DNA of 64,000 nucleotides from Myxococcota bacterium. GTDB taxonomy: Bacteria > Myxococcota_A > Polyangia > Palsa-1104 > JAEUJZ01. The first letter of the stretch is position 1. Each line of letters begins with the position of its first letter. A model generated the notes under the pieces. The model was not told where the DNA came from and searched no databases. It saw only the letters and a program-made list of their open reading frames with translations. Shown here in pieces: positions 34,603 to 44,050 of the stretch. The position numbers and the translations under genes are program-made. The stretch spans positions 129 to 64,128 of the forward strand of contig JANWXW010000134.1 in the NCBI GenBank assembly GCA_025057315.1, written 5' to 3'.

Positions 34603-36378
34603 TCAGATCCCTAATACCCGCCGGGCCAGCGCCTGTGCCGATGGGGACAGCGCACCGATTCGGTCCTGGTAGTCCAGGCGCGGCAGCACGTGATACGGGG
34701 TCGCTGAACGCGGCGCGGCCTCCTCCATCCAGGTGCTATGCAGCGTGAAACCCGGCTGGAGGCGCGGGTGGCGCAGCCGGCACAGCGGCCCGCGGTGCAG
34801 CGCGCCCGCATCCAGCACCCACACCTCGTATACGTCGGGACCCGCAACCAACGCCACGAGATAGCCTTCGTCTGTCCCACCACCGCGCCGGGGCACAAAG
34901 GTCGGCGACATCGGCAGGTGGCCCATGGGCAACACGTACTCGTCGGCCAGCACCGGACCGGAGGCGGCTGTCTCGTCGATGCGCACCAGCCGCCCCGGCA
35001 GCGTGTGCCGCGGCAGCGCCGACAGGGGCAGCTGCCGATGTGGCTGCTCGCGGTAGACTTCGGCGATGCGCCGTGGCAGCGCGCGCGGCTCAAACCCCAG
35101 GGTGGCAAAGTACCGCTGCCCCAGGCGAGGGCCGCGGCGCTCATCGGCTGTAAAGAGCGCCAGGCCGAACAGATGCTCCGAATGCAGCGCGCGGCTGTGC
35201 CGCACCTGGCCCGTCTGGGTGTCGATGACATGGCGGGCCACAAAGCTCAGATCAGCCGGCCCCACCGGCAGGCCCAGGCTCTCAGGCGGCAGCGGCCTGC
35301 CCTCCAGGTCCTCGTCCTCTGCACGCAGCCACTCCGAGGGGTCTACCGAGCCGGTGTGGGGCACCAGCAGGGTGAGCCCCCCGTCGGTCTCCTCGTAGTC
35401 CAGGAGGAAGTGCACGCTCTCCACCGGGATCTCGACGCGGCGCGCACGGGCCCGGCCGCCTGCCTGGAGGTCGGCCTTGCGCACCAGGTAAAAGACCGAC
35501 ACGGGCATCTGCGCGCGCGTGGTCGAGCCGCCCCCGAGCTGCTCCGCCTCTAGGGCAAAGGCCCCGTCCTGCAGCACCAGGTGGCCGCGCGAGACCTGTA
35601 TCTGGTGGCAGGTCTGCTGAAATACCAGCGGCCGGCCCGTCTCGTCCTCCAGTTCGGTGGCCACCGGCTCGCTGCGGCCGTCCCAGCGCAGGATGCGCGC
35701 AAAGCCCCTGATGTCCGAGCCTTCGATCCGCGGGCCGTAGTTGCACAGGTAGAGCTGGCCCTCGGCCGCATCCAGGGCCGGGTGGGCGGTGACAAGCTGG
35801 GGCGGGAAGAAGGACAGCCCCGGGACCAACGGCGGCAGCATGGGCCGGTAGGTGTCTAGGAGCCCGACTGCCGTGAGCGGCGCCAGCGTGGCGGGGTCGA
35901 TTTCCCACGGACGGCCCCCGTCGTAGGTGCAGAGCAGCCGCCCATCCGGCAGCGCCACCGGAGCGGTGTTGGCCAGATTGCGCATGCCAAAGGCCGGGGA
36001 AGAGCGGAGCAGGCCGCGATCGACAAAGCGCAGCTCCGGGTCCTCCTGGGCCGCCTCGTCCACCTGGAAGTCGTCGGTGCGTACCAGGCGGCTGCGCAGG
36101 TGGGCACGGCCGCCGCCGAGCGAGAAACGGTAGACCATGCCATCGCCACAGAATGCGGCGCTGCCCGGACGGCCGACCGGGCCGACGACAAAGACATGAC
36201 CCATGAGGTCCCCGGGCAGGGAGCCAGCCACCAGCTCCAGGTCGTCGTCGAGCTCCTGGCGGCTGGCGCGCCACATGGAGGCGGGCCAGGGCAGACCAGG
36301 GGCGGTGCGCTCGCAACCCAGGGCCGCCGCTGCCCCCAGCATCCCGATGGATTGGAGGAAACCACGACGAGAGAGCAT
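34603..36378 (-). CDS. Carotenoid oxygenase / lignostilbene dioxygenase family protein with Tat-lipoprotein signal
   Basis: G.LP.DL.G, GDGMV, NLANTA, GRPWEIDP.TL; candidate Fe ligands TAHP, CHQI, VHF, TLHSTW; SPTFVPR; N-terminus SRRGFL...ALGC. Confidence 0.85.
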   Translation of the reverse strand: MLSRRGFLQSIGMLGAAAALGCERTAPGLPWPASMWRASRQELDDDLELVAGSLPGDLMGHVFVVGPVGRPGSAAFCGDGMVYRFSLGGGRAHLRSRLVRTDDFQVDEAAQEDPELRFVDRGLLRSSPAFGMRNLANTAPVALPDGRLLCTYDGGRPWEIDPATLAPLTAVGLLDTYRPMLPPLVPGLSFFPPQLVTAHPALDAAEGQLYLCNYGPRIEGSDIRGFARILRWDGRSEPVATELEDETGRPLVFQQTCHQIQVSRGHLVLQDGAFALEAEQLGGGSTTRAQMPVSVFYLVRKADLQAGGRARARRVEIPVESVHFLLDYEETDGGLTLLVPHTGSVDPSEWLRAEDEDLEGRPLPPESLGLPVGPADLSFVARHVIDTQTGQVRHSRALHSEHLFGLALFTADERRGPRLGQRYFATLGFEPRALPRRIAEVYREQPHRQLPLSALPRHTLPGRLVRIDETAASGPVLADEYVLPMGHLPMSPTFVPRRGGGTDEGYLVALVAGPDVYEVWVLDAGALHRGPLCRLRHPRLQPGFTLHSTWMEEAAPRSATPYHVLPRLDYQDRIGALSPSAQALARRVLGI

Positions 36379-36581
36379 GGCCGTACGCTAGAGCGCCGCA
36401 GGGCAGCAAGTCAACCCTGCGCAGCGTCTCTGTCCGTCGGTCGCGGGTGACCCGCAGGGGCGGTGGCGGATCTTCGTTGGGGCGCCCAGTGCCGCCGGGG
36501 TCGTCGCCGCCAGCAGGTCCACACGCCGAGCCTGTGGTTTTCTTTCTTGTGTCCCGGCGTGCCTTGCGCTACGAACCTCTT

Positions 36582-37574
36582 GTGGCCCTTGTGCAGCTGC
36601 TCGCTGGGCTGGCGCTCCTTCTGGTGGGGGGACGGCTGCTGGTGGACGCCGCGGTGGCGATCGCGTGGCGGCTGGGGGTACCTCCCCTGCTCATCGGGCT
36701 GACGGTGGTGGCCTGGGGGACCTCGGCCCCCGAACTGGCTCTGAACCTGACCGCCTCGGTGCTCGGCACGCCGGATCTGACGCTCGGCAACGTCGTGGGC
36801 GCCAACCTCTGCAACCTGGGGCTGGCCCTCGGCATCGCCGCGCTGGTACGCCCGCTGGTCGTGCACGCGACCGTGGTGCAGCGAGAGATCCCGATGCTGC
36901 TGCTGCTCATGGCGCTCTTTGCAGCCGCGACGCTGGGGGGCGACCACGTGGGGCTTCCTCTGCGTCGCCTTAAGGGCGGCATGATGCTGGTGTTGTTTGC
37001 CAGCTACAGCATCTATGTCGTGCGCGCCGGCCTGCGTCAGCGACAGGAGGACCAGGAGCTGACCGAGGAGGTGGCGCAGAGCGAGCGGCCCCTGGGGAGC
37101 GCGCCGCTGCGCTTGGCACTGGTGGCGCTGCTGGGCGGGCTGGCACTGCTCACGGTGGGAGGCAACATGGCTGCCCGGGCCGCCGTCGATATCGCCCACG
37201 CTCTGGGCGTCAGCGACCGGGTGGTCGGCGTGACCATCGTGTCCATCGGAACGACCCTGCCAGAGATGGCCACCGGCCTGATCGCGGTGCTGCGCGGGCA
37301 TGTGGATCTGACCGTAGGCAACGCGGTCGGCTCCTGCCTGTTCAACCTGGGCTGCATCTATGGGCTGTGCAGCCTGATCGCACCGGCGCCAGCACCCCCC
37401 GGGGCGCTGCCCTCCATCGCCGCCATGTGCGTGTTGGGTGCGGCGTTGGTGCCCATGTCGCGTGCCTCCAACCGCGCGCTGGCCCGCCTGGAGGGTACGC
37501 TGCTGCTCATTATCTACGGCCTGTGGATGGCGGTGGAGCTGATGGGAGCGCAGGCCAGGACACCCCTGCGCTGA
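36582..37574 (+). CDS. Calcium/sodium antiporter (YrbG family)
   Basis: Two alpha repeats GTSAPEL..GNVVGAN and GTTLPEM..GNAVGS; start uncertain. Confidence 0.9.
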   Translation: MALVQLLAGLALLLVGGRLLVDAAVAIAWRLGVPPLLIGLTVVAWGTSAPELALNLTASVLGTPDLTLGNVVGANLCNLGLALGIAALVRPLVVHATVVQREIPMLLLLMALFAAATLGGDHVGLPLRRLKGGMMLVLFASYSIYVVRAGLRQRQEDQELTEEVAQSERPLGSAPLRLALVALLGGLALLTVGGNMAARAAVDIAHALGVSDRVVGVTIVSIGTTLPEMATGLIAVLRGHVDLTVGNAVGSCLFNLGCIYGLCSLIAPAPAPPGALPSIAAMCVLGAALVPMSRASNRALARLEGTLLLIIYGLWMAVELMGAQARTPLR

Positions 37575-37581
37575 GGGGCAC

Positions 37582-39411
37582 CTAGCGCTCCCACCAGCGG
37601 GTGTACGAGACCAGCCGCAGGTGATCGAGGCGCGCCTCTCCCGCTGGCAGATCCAGCGTCAGGGAGGAGACGCGATGCGCCCGGACCAGTGCCTCAGGCA
37701 CGGTGAAGTGGACCCGCGCCCCGACCCGGGTCCACGACAGGGCGTGGCCATCCCAGCGCAAGCGGAGGCCACCGGGCGGTAGCTCGCCATGCAGCACCCC
37801 ATGGATTGGCTCCCGTGCGAAAGGCTGCAGCAGCAGCCGAACGTGCCGGCGAACCGGTCGCCCCCGTCGCGTCGTCTCCCCGTCGGCAGGCAGGAGCCCC
37901 TCCAGGACGAAGTCCTGGGCCTCTGCGGCCTTGAAGTCCCACACCGCCCCGCTCACGCTGTGGTCGTGGGGCTCCCGCTCCAGCGCATAGTTGCCGACGA
38001 TACCCTCCCAGGCCGTCAGGGGCGCCCGGTGGCGGAGGGCAAACAGCAGGCCAGCCGGCTGTACAAAAGGATAGCCGCGCCGCAGCAGCGAGACCAGCCA
38101 ACCTGGCGCGCCGGCACGCTCGGCCCAGCGCCACGCCGGCCAGGCGCGGTGGCCCGAAGAGGGCAGGACGCGCCGCCGCTGCAGCTCCACGAGCGTGAGG
38201 TTGAGCGCGGCCAGCAGCACCAGGACACTGCCCAGGGCGGCCAGCGCCGTGCGGCGCCACCGGCTCTGCCCCACCCGCTCCACCAGCAGGGCCACGCCCA
38301 GGCCGACAAAGGGCGACAGGTCGCTCAGGCGGCGGCAGCCGAAGCCGAAGGCGCCGTACCACATCCACGAGGCGGCCACCAGGTACACATCGGCTGCGCC
38401 CACCACCAGCACCGGCCCCACCAGCGCGCGCCGGGCGACGGACCCGCGGGCGAGCAGGCCCAGGCACAGCCCGGGCAGGGCCAGGTAGACCACCGGCGTC
38501 CATGGCAGCAGGCCGCATCGCATGGAAAACAGCACCTCCCCCAGGGCCACCTCCCTCGGGCGCATCGGCTCGATGGTCGTGGGCCGCCCCAGGAGGCCAA
38601 AGTGATAGGTCCACACCCCCATCTGGGGAGAGAAGGCCAGCAGCGCCCCCAGCCCTAGCAGCAGCGCCCCGCGGAGCCATAGCCAGAGCGCCGCCCGGTC
38701 GCGCCAGGACCGCACCAGCCCGGCCGCTACCTCACAGAGTGGTAAAAGCAGAAACACGACCTCCTGCGGCCGCACCAGCATGGCCAAGCCACCCAGCAGG
38801 CCCAGCACCAGGAAACGCCGCGCCTGCAGCTGGCCCCGGGTCGCATCCCATCGCTCCAGCAGCAGCGTCACGGCAGCAAAGGTCAGCCCATGCGGGTAGT
38901 GGGGTTGAACGGTCAGATACCAACCCAGCGGCGTGCACAGCAGCGCCGCGGTGGTGCCGGCCAGCGCTGGCCCCTCCCCCACGTGGCGCCGCAGCAGGCG
39001 AAACAGCACCAGCAGGCCGAGCACGCCCGATGCAGCGGTGACAAGACCGGTCCAGAAAAACTGCAGCTCGTTCAGGTCGAACGGGGGCCCCTCCAGGCCC
39101 GGCGTCTCCGGCCGCACCCGGCGGACGATGGCCTCGGCGACCAGGGTCAGGGTGTAGACCGGGAGCATGGCCAAGCTGGTCCCCACGGGGTTGCGGTTGA
39201 CCTGGCGACCGTGGCGGTCCTGCTCGAAGTAGCGCCGATCTCGACGGGCCACAGGCGTCATGTCGAGGCTCTGGTGCAGGACCAGGGCCGGCAGGTGGTG
39301 AAAGGCAAACCAGCCATCGCCCTGGGCCTTGCTGCCAAAGACGCCAGGGACGAGCACGTAGTAAAGCAGCACCGCGGCGGCCAGCGCCAGCAGCACCAGG
39401 CGCCGGACCAT
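37582..39411 (-). CDS. Multi-pass membrane protein, putative GT-C glycosyltransferase
   Basis: N-terminal TM followed by GDG; many TM helices; LVRPQE, GLLPWTP and W.W.G.FGFG.RRL motifs. Confidence 0.7.
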   Translation of the reverse strand: MVRRLVLLALAAAVLLYYVLVPGVFGSKAQGDGWFAFHHLPALVLHQSLDMTPVARRDRRYFEQDRHGRQVNRNPVGTSLAMLPVYTLTLVAEAIVRRVRPETPGLEGPPFDLNELQFFWTGLVTAASGVLGLLVLFRLLRRHVGEGPALAGTTAALLCTPLGWYLTVQPHYPHGLTFAAVTLLLERWDATRGQLQARRFLVLGLLGGLAMLVRPQEVVFLLLPLCEVAAGLVRSWRDRAALWLWLRGALLLGLGALLAFSPQMGVWTYHFGLLGRPTTIEPMRPREVALGEVLFSMRCGLLPWTPVVYLALPGLCLGLLARGSVARRALVGPVLVVGAADVYLVAASWMWYGAFGFGCRRLSDLSPFVGLGVALLVERVGQSRWRRTALAALGSVLVLLAALNLTLVELQRRRVLPSSGHRAWPAWRWAERAGAPGWLVSLLRRGYPFVQPAGLLFALRHRAPLTAWEGIVGNYALEREPHDHSVSGAVWDFKAAEAQDFVLEGLLPADGETTRRGRPVRRHVRLLLQPFAREPIHGVLHGELPPGGLRLRWDGHALSWTRVGARVHFTVPEALVRAHRVSSLTLDLPAGEARLDHLRLVSYTRWWER

Positions 39412-39412
39412 G

Positions 39413-40516
39413 TTATAGCTCGTCGGGACTACCGAGGCAGATGCCGACTGCCCGCGCCGCGGCACACAGCTCGCCCTGCGGGTCCACCACGTTGCGGCGT
39501 GCAATTGCCTCGGCGATGGGCACAGATCGAATGTGGGGCGTGCGCAGGCACACCATGTGGTCGAACTGGCCCCGCTCCACCAGCTCCACCGCCGCGACGC
39601 CAAAGCGGGTGCCGAGCAGGCGGTCCTTGGGGCTGGGGGAGCCACCACGCTGCAGGTGCCCCAGCACGGTCACGCGGCAGTCCAGGGTCGGCTCCAGGGC
39701 CCGCAGGGCCGCTGCCACGCGCTCAGCAGCGCCTCCGAGGCGCCCCGCCCGGCCCGGCCGCGCTTGCTCGATGTAGCTCTCGCAGCCGCCGATGGGGACT
39801 GCCCCCTCGGCGACGGCAATGATGCTGAAGTACCGACCCTGGGCCCGGCGCCGCTCGATTTTGGCCAGCACCGCAGCGGCCGAGTAGGGGATTTCCGGAA
39901 TGAGGATCACGTCGGCATCGCCGGCAATACCGGCGTGCAACGCGATCCAACCGGCGTGGCGCCCCATGACCTCCAGCAGCATCACGCGGTCGTGGCTCTC
40001 GGCGGTGGTGTGCAGTTTGTCCAGCGCGTCCACGGCGGTGTGAAGTGCCGTGTCGAAGCCGAAGGTGTAGTCGGTGGCCAGCAGATCGTTGTCGATGGTC
40101 TTGGGCACGCCAACCACCCGCAGGCCTTTGCCGGCGAGCCCGTGGGCGATGGTCATGGTACCGTCGCCACCGATGCAGATGAGGGCATCCAAACCAAGGC
40201 GACGGGCGTTGTCCACGACGCGGTCGGAGACGTCCTCCTCGCGGTCGCTGCCCGGTGCTACGTAATGGAATGGGTCGTCGCTGTTGGAGCTGCCGAGGAT
40301 GGTACCGCCGCGGGGCAGGATGCCTCGCACCATCTCCTCTGACATCATCCGGTTGCCATAGGGCCGACGGCGGTCCAGGTCGATGAGACCGGCGAAGCCG
40401 TCCTCGATGCCGAGCAGTTCATAGCCGCGCGCGCTGGCCGTCCGGTAGATGGCCCGCAGGACCGCGTTGAGCCCAGGGCAGTCTCCTCCGCCGGTGAGCA
40501 CGCCGATTCGCTTCAT
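39413..40516 (-). CDS. pfkA: 6-phosphofructokinase
   Basis: [52 protein letters not shown]. Confidence 0.95.
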   Translation of the reverse strand: MKRIGVLTGGGDCPGLNAVLRAIYRTASARGYELLGIEDGFAGLIDLDRRRPYGNRMMSEEMVRGILPRGGTILGSSNSDDPFHYVAPGSDREEDVSDRVVDNARRLGLDALICIGGDGTMTIAHGLAGKGLRVVGVPKTIDNDLLATDYTFGFDTALHTAVDALDKLHTTAESHDRVMLLEVMGRHAGWIALHAGIAGDADVILIPEIPYSAAAVLAKIERRRAQGRYFSIIAVAEGAVPIGGCESYIEQARPGRAGRLGGAAERVAAALRALEPTLDCRVTVLGHLQRGGSPSPKDRLLGTRFGVAAVELVERGQFDHMVCLRTPHIRSVPIAEAIARRNVVDPQGELCAAARAVGICLGSPDEL

Positions 40517-41919
40517 AGGAGGTGATCTTGCCGGACCTCTTCCCCAGACGCAACCGCTGGGACAGCGGGCTGTCCGAGGCAGCAGCGCTTGTATTTGCGT
40601 CCACTGCCGCAGGGGCAGGGGGCGTTGCGCCCGATGCGGGGAGTCGCCCGCACGACGGGGTGGATGCGGGGTGGCTCGTAGGGAGGCGGCGTGCTGATGT
40701 GGCGTTGCCATTGCTGCCTCACCTGCTGCGTCTGCTCCCGCGGCGGGAACAGCCTGGAGACGGGCTCGCGTCGAAGACCGACGAGGTCCAAGTAGTCCAA
40801 ATCGGGCAGGCCAGTGCCCTCCGTAGGATAGGGAGGCAGCGCCGGCAAATGGGCGACGAGCTGCCCCACAGCCAGCTCGACCTGGGGCCCGGACATGGAG
40901 CTGAAGCTGGGCTCCGCCAGGACATGCCCTGGAGACAACATCTCCCTCAGCTGGGGCTCCTGGCGCACCGCCGTGGCCACGCGGCGGAGCTGGCGGGGGT
41001 GGTGGATGACATGGTGCGTGAGTGCTTGCAGCAGGGTACGCCGTCCGGATGGGTCCTGGTGGGGGCTTCGTGCGGCCTTGAGCAGCACCTCGCTGCCACG
41101 ATCATGCCGCGCAGCGGCCAGGGCCAGCTCGGGCTGGATCGGGCTGGGGAACGAGATGAGCACGCCCAGCCAGTCAGTCACTGGCTGGGTGTCCATGGCA
41201 CCAAAGAGGTAGGCGCACAGCTTCAGGGTTCCCTCGGCCACGCAAGCATGGCGCCAGATGCGGCGGCGCAGCAGGATGTGCTGCCGATCGTGGCGGTCGC
41301 GCAGCAGCAGTACCCTAACCTGATACTCGGCCTTGGCCAGCTTGACATAGCGGTCAAAGGCACGGTGTGCGGACAGGTGCACAGGCACCACGTAGGTCAG
41401 CGGGCACAGCTCGACGATGCGGGCCATGTCCTCGTCGATGAAGCCCGGACCACGGACGAGGGCCTCGATGAGCGCGCTGGGATCCAGCAGCATCAGTTGC
41501 CGACGGCGCGTTGCCTGCTGCTCTACGGCCGCGTCGGCTTCGTCCATGGCTGGCTCAAACAGGTGGTAGGGCAGGACCGGGACGCGGCTGGTGCGCATGC
41601 CGCCACTGAGGCAGGTCACAAACACCCCATCGCTGGAGACAATGACATGGGCAGACGGCTCGTGGTCCGAAATGGCAATGGCCACGCGGCCTTCGGCGCT
41701 GCGCACGCGCTGCGCTGCCAGCACGCGCTTGACAATGGCCGAATGGTGGTACAGGCGCATGGCCCGGTTAAGCTCGGGGCCGCGCAGGCGGGCCGTGCGC
41801 TCCAGAAAGTGGACATCATGTCCTTGTAGCGACGTGCTCAGCTCCTCCTCCTCTTCGGCCGGCTCGCCGATGGGGAGGACCCGTGGGGAGGAGGCATGGC
41901 CGGGGCGGAGCCGATGCAT
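40513..41919 (-). CDS. SEC-C motif-containing protein
   Basis: C-terminal [19 protein letters not shown]; ATGA overlap with the pfkA start. Confidence 0.8.
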   Translation of the reverse strand: MHRLRPGHASSPRVLPIGEPAEEEEELSTSLQGHDVHFLERTARLRGPELNRAMRLYHHSAIVKRVLAAQRVRSAEGRVAIAISDHEPSAHVIVSSDGVFVTCLSGGMRTSRVPVLPYHLFEPAMDEADAAVEQQATRRRQLMLLDPSALIEALVRGPGFIDEDMARIVELCPLTYVVPVHLSAHRAFDRYVKLAKAEYQVRVLLLRDRHDRQHILLRRRIWRHACVAEGTLKLCAYLFGAMDTQPVTDWLGVLISFPSPIQPELALAAARHDRGSEVLLKAARSPHQDPSGRRTLLQALTHHVIHHPRQLRRVATAVRQEPQLREMLSPGHVLAEPSFSSMSGPQVELAVGQLVAHLPALPPYPTEGTGLPDLDYLDLVGLRREPVSRLFPPREQTQQVRQQWQRHISTPPPYEPPRIHPVVRATPRIGRNAPCPCGSGRKYKRCCLGQPAVPAVASGEEVRQDHLL

Positions 41920-41969
41920 CGCATCCCAGATCTAGGGACCCGGCCGGGGCCGTCAAGCTCCGGGCAGCG

Positions 41970-42551
41970 CTATCGGACGTAGAGATCCAGGCCGCCTACA
42001 CCGGCGATGCCGCCGTCGGCAACGCGCAGCGGGTTGCTGTCATGAACTGGCCGGCCCACTGACGGCAGCTCGGGCTCTTTCTCTGGCTCGGGCCGGTACA
42101 GCATGGCCTCGCGGCCCGGCGTGGGCACCAGCAGCACCGGCACCGGGCTGCGCTGCGCCAGCTGGCTGGAGACAGAGCCCAGCAGCGCCCGCCGCAACCG
42201 CCCCTTCCCATGGCTGCAAACGACGACGCAGTCGGGCTTGATTTCTTGCACCAGCCCCAGCAGCTCCTTGACCGGATCGCCAATGCGTACATGCAGTTCG
42301 GCGTCCACATGGGGACCCAGCTCCGCATGCAGCCGCTGGAGCCTGATGCGCGCCTCCCGCGCCTGAGGGAACTCGGCCGGGATGTTCATGCCCAGGTTGG
42401 TCGGGGCGTTCAGGCCCTCGGCCGGGGCCACGTGGCACAGGTGGAGCTGCGCCCCGGTGCGCTCGGCCAGCTTGAGTGCGTGCGCGAGCGCCATGTCTGA
42501 GCTCTCGCTGAAATCAATGCCGACCAGAATGTGCATTTTATTACCCATCAT
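41970..42551 (-). CDS. Universal stress protein
   Basis: ILVGIDFS, GDP, SHG...LLGSVS...SPVPVLLVP. Confidence 0.92.
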   Translation of the reverse strand: MMGNKMHILVGIDFSESSDMALAHALKLAERTGAQLHLCHVAPAEGLNAPTNLGMNIPAEFPQAREARIRLQRLHAELGPHVDAELHVRIGDPVKELLGLVQEIKPDCVVVCSHGKGRLRRALLGSVSSQLAQRSPVPVLLVPTPGREAMLYRPEPEKEPELPSVGRPVHDSNPLRVADGGIAGVGGLDLYVR

Positions 42552-42586
42552 AGGACTCTCCAATCTCGTTGTCGGCTCCACCACAG

Positions 42587-42602
42587 AGCAATTCACATGC
42601 CA
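42587..42602 (-). promoter_or_regulatory. Sigma54 (-24/-12) promoter of the usp gene
   Basis: Minus strand TGGCATGTGAATTGCT matches TGGCAn-N5-TTGC(A/T), 35 bp upstream of the usp start. Confidence 0.8.
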
Positions 42603-42706
42603 GATAGCCAGCTCGACACGCCAGAGGCAGCCGCCAGCCACAGGCGAGCGCAGGCCTGGCGCCCGGCAGACCAGAGGCGCAGAAGTTGCGCACCTTCGGG
42701 TCGATT

Positions 42707-44050
42707 CTAGCCGTCGCGCCAGACGATGCCCAGGCCGCGCAGCTTCCGCTGCAGGGTCCGGCGGTCGATGTCGAGCAGCCGGGCGACCATCGTGATGTTC
42801 CGGTGCTGGCGCAGGAGCTGCTCGATGTGCCGCACCTCTAGCTCCCGCAGCGTCAGTGGCTCCGGCGAGGGGGCCGGGGCCTGGCGGGGCGGTGTGGCGT
42901 CGCGGCGTAGGGTGCGGAAAGGATCCTCGGCGAGCATTCGGCGCACCAGCTCCCCGTCTACCTCGCCGCCGCGCGCAAACAGAGCGATGCGGCGGACCAC
43001 GTTGACCAGCTCACGCACGTTGCCGGGGTAGTCGTGGCTCAGCAGCGCCTGCCGGGCCGCCTCCCCCAGCCAGGGCCCCTGAGGGGCCAGCCGGCGCAGC
43101 CAGTGCTCGGCAATGGGCACGATGTCCTCGGGCCGGCTGCGCAGCGGCGGCAGCATGATGGGCAGCACGGCCAGCCGATAATAGAGATCTTCGCGAAATT
43201 CGCCGCGTTGGACCATCTGGCGCAGGTCGCGATTGGTTGCCACCACCAGCCGGGCCCGCAGCGGCTCCTCGCGGGCCTCCCCCACAGGGCGGAAGGTGCG
43301 CGTCTCCAGGACGCGCAAGAGCTTGGGCTGATGCTGCAGCGGCAACTCGCCGATCTCATCGAGGAACAAGGTCCCCTCTCCGGCCTCGGCAAAGAGGCCC
43401 GGCTTGCGCCGGTCCGCACCGGTGAAGGCGCCGCGCGCATGGCCAAACAGCTCGCTCTCCAGCAGCTCCCCCGGCAGGCAAGCAAGGTTGATGGCAACGA
43501 AAGGGTGCGCCGCCCGCGCGCTGCGCTGGTGGAGAAAGCGCGCCACCACCTCCTTGCCGGTGCCGGTCTCACCGCAGATCAGCACCGGATCGTCGACGTC
43601 AGCCAGGCTGGCCAGCAGCGTCCGTAGATGGACCGTGGCCTGGCTCTCGCCGACCAGCAGCTCCACATCTGCCTGCTGGGGCGCCAGGGCCTGCTGCAGC
43701 ACCGGCACCAGCTCGTCGGCATCGATGGGCTTTTGCAGGAACGAGAAGGCACCCAGCCGCATGGCCTCCACCGCATCGGGAATGGTGCCGTGTCCGGTCA
43801 GCACCACGATCCGCGGGCGGCGGCGTGGCGTGCGGCGTAGCACCTCCAGGCCAGAGGTACCAGGCATCTGCAGGTCAAGCACCACGACCCCGTGGGGGCA
43901 GTCGGGATCTTGCAAAAGAGGGATCGCCTCCTCGCCGGTGGCCGCCTCGGCGACAGCGAACCCCTTGCGCCCCAGGGCCTTGGCCATGGCCCGACGGAAC
44001 GTGGTATCGTCATCAACGAGCAACACAGAAGGGGCAGTGTCGTTAGGCAT
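42707..44050 (-). CDS. Sigma54-dependent response regulator (REC-AAA-HTH)
   Basis: LLVDDD, LDLQMP, GETGTGKE, ESELFGH.RGAFTGA, PGNVREL; HTH ending RRTLQRKL. Confidence 0.95.
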   Translation of the reverse strand: MPNDTAPSVLLVDDDTTFRRAMAKALGRKGFAVAEAATGEEAIPLLQDPDCPHGVVVLDLQMPGTSGLEVLRRTPRRRPRIVVLTGHGTIPDAVEAMRLGAFSFLQKPIDADELVPVLQQALAPQQADVELLVGESQATVHLRTLLASLADVDDPVLICGETGTGKEVVARFLHQRSARAAHPFVAINLACLPGELLESELFGHARGAFTGADRRKPGLFAEAGEGTLFLDEIGELPLQHQPKLLRVLETRTFRPVGEAREEPLRARLVVATNRDLRQMVQRGEFREDLYYRLAVLPIMLPPLRSRPEDIVPIAEHWLRRLAPQGPWLGEAARQALLSHDYPGNVRELVNVVRRIALFARGGEVDGELVRRMLAEDPFRTLRRDATPPRQAPAPSPEPLTLRELEVRHIEQLLRQHRNITMVARLLDIDRRTLQRKLRGLGIVWRDG

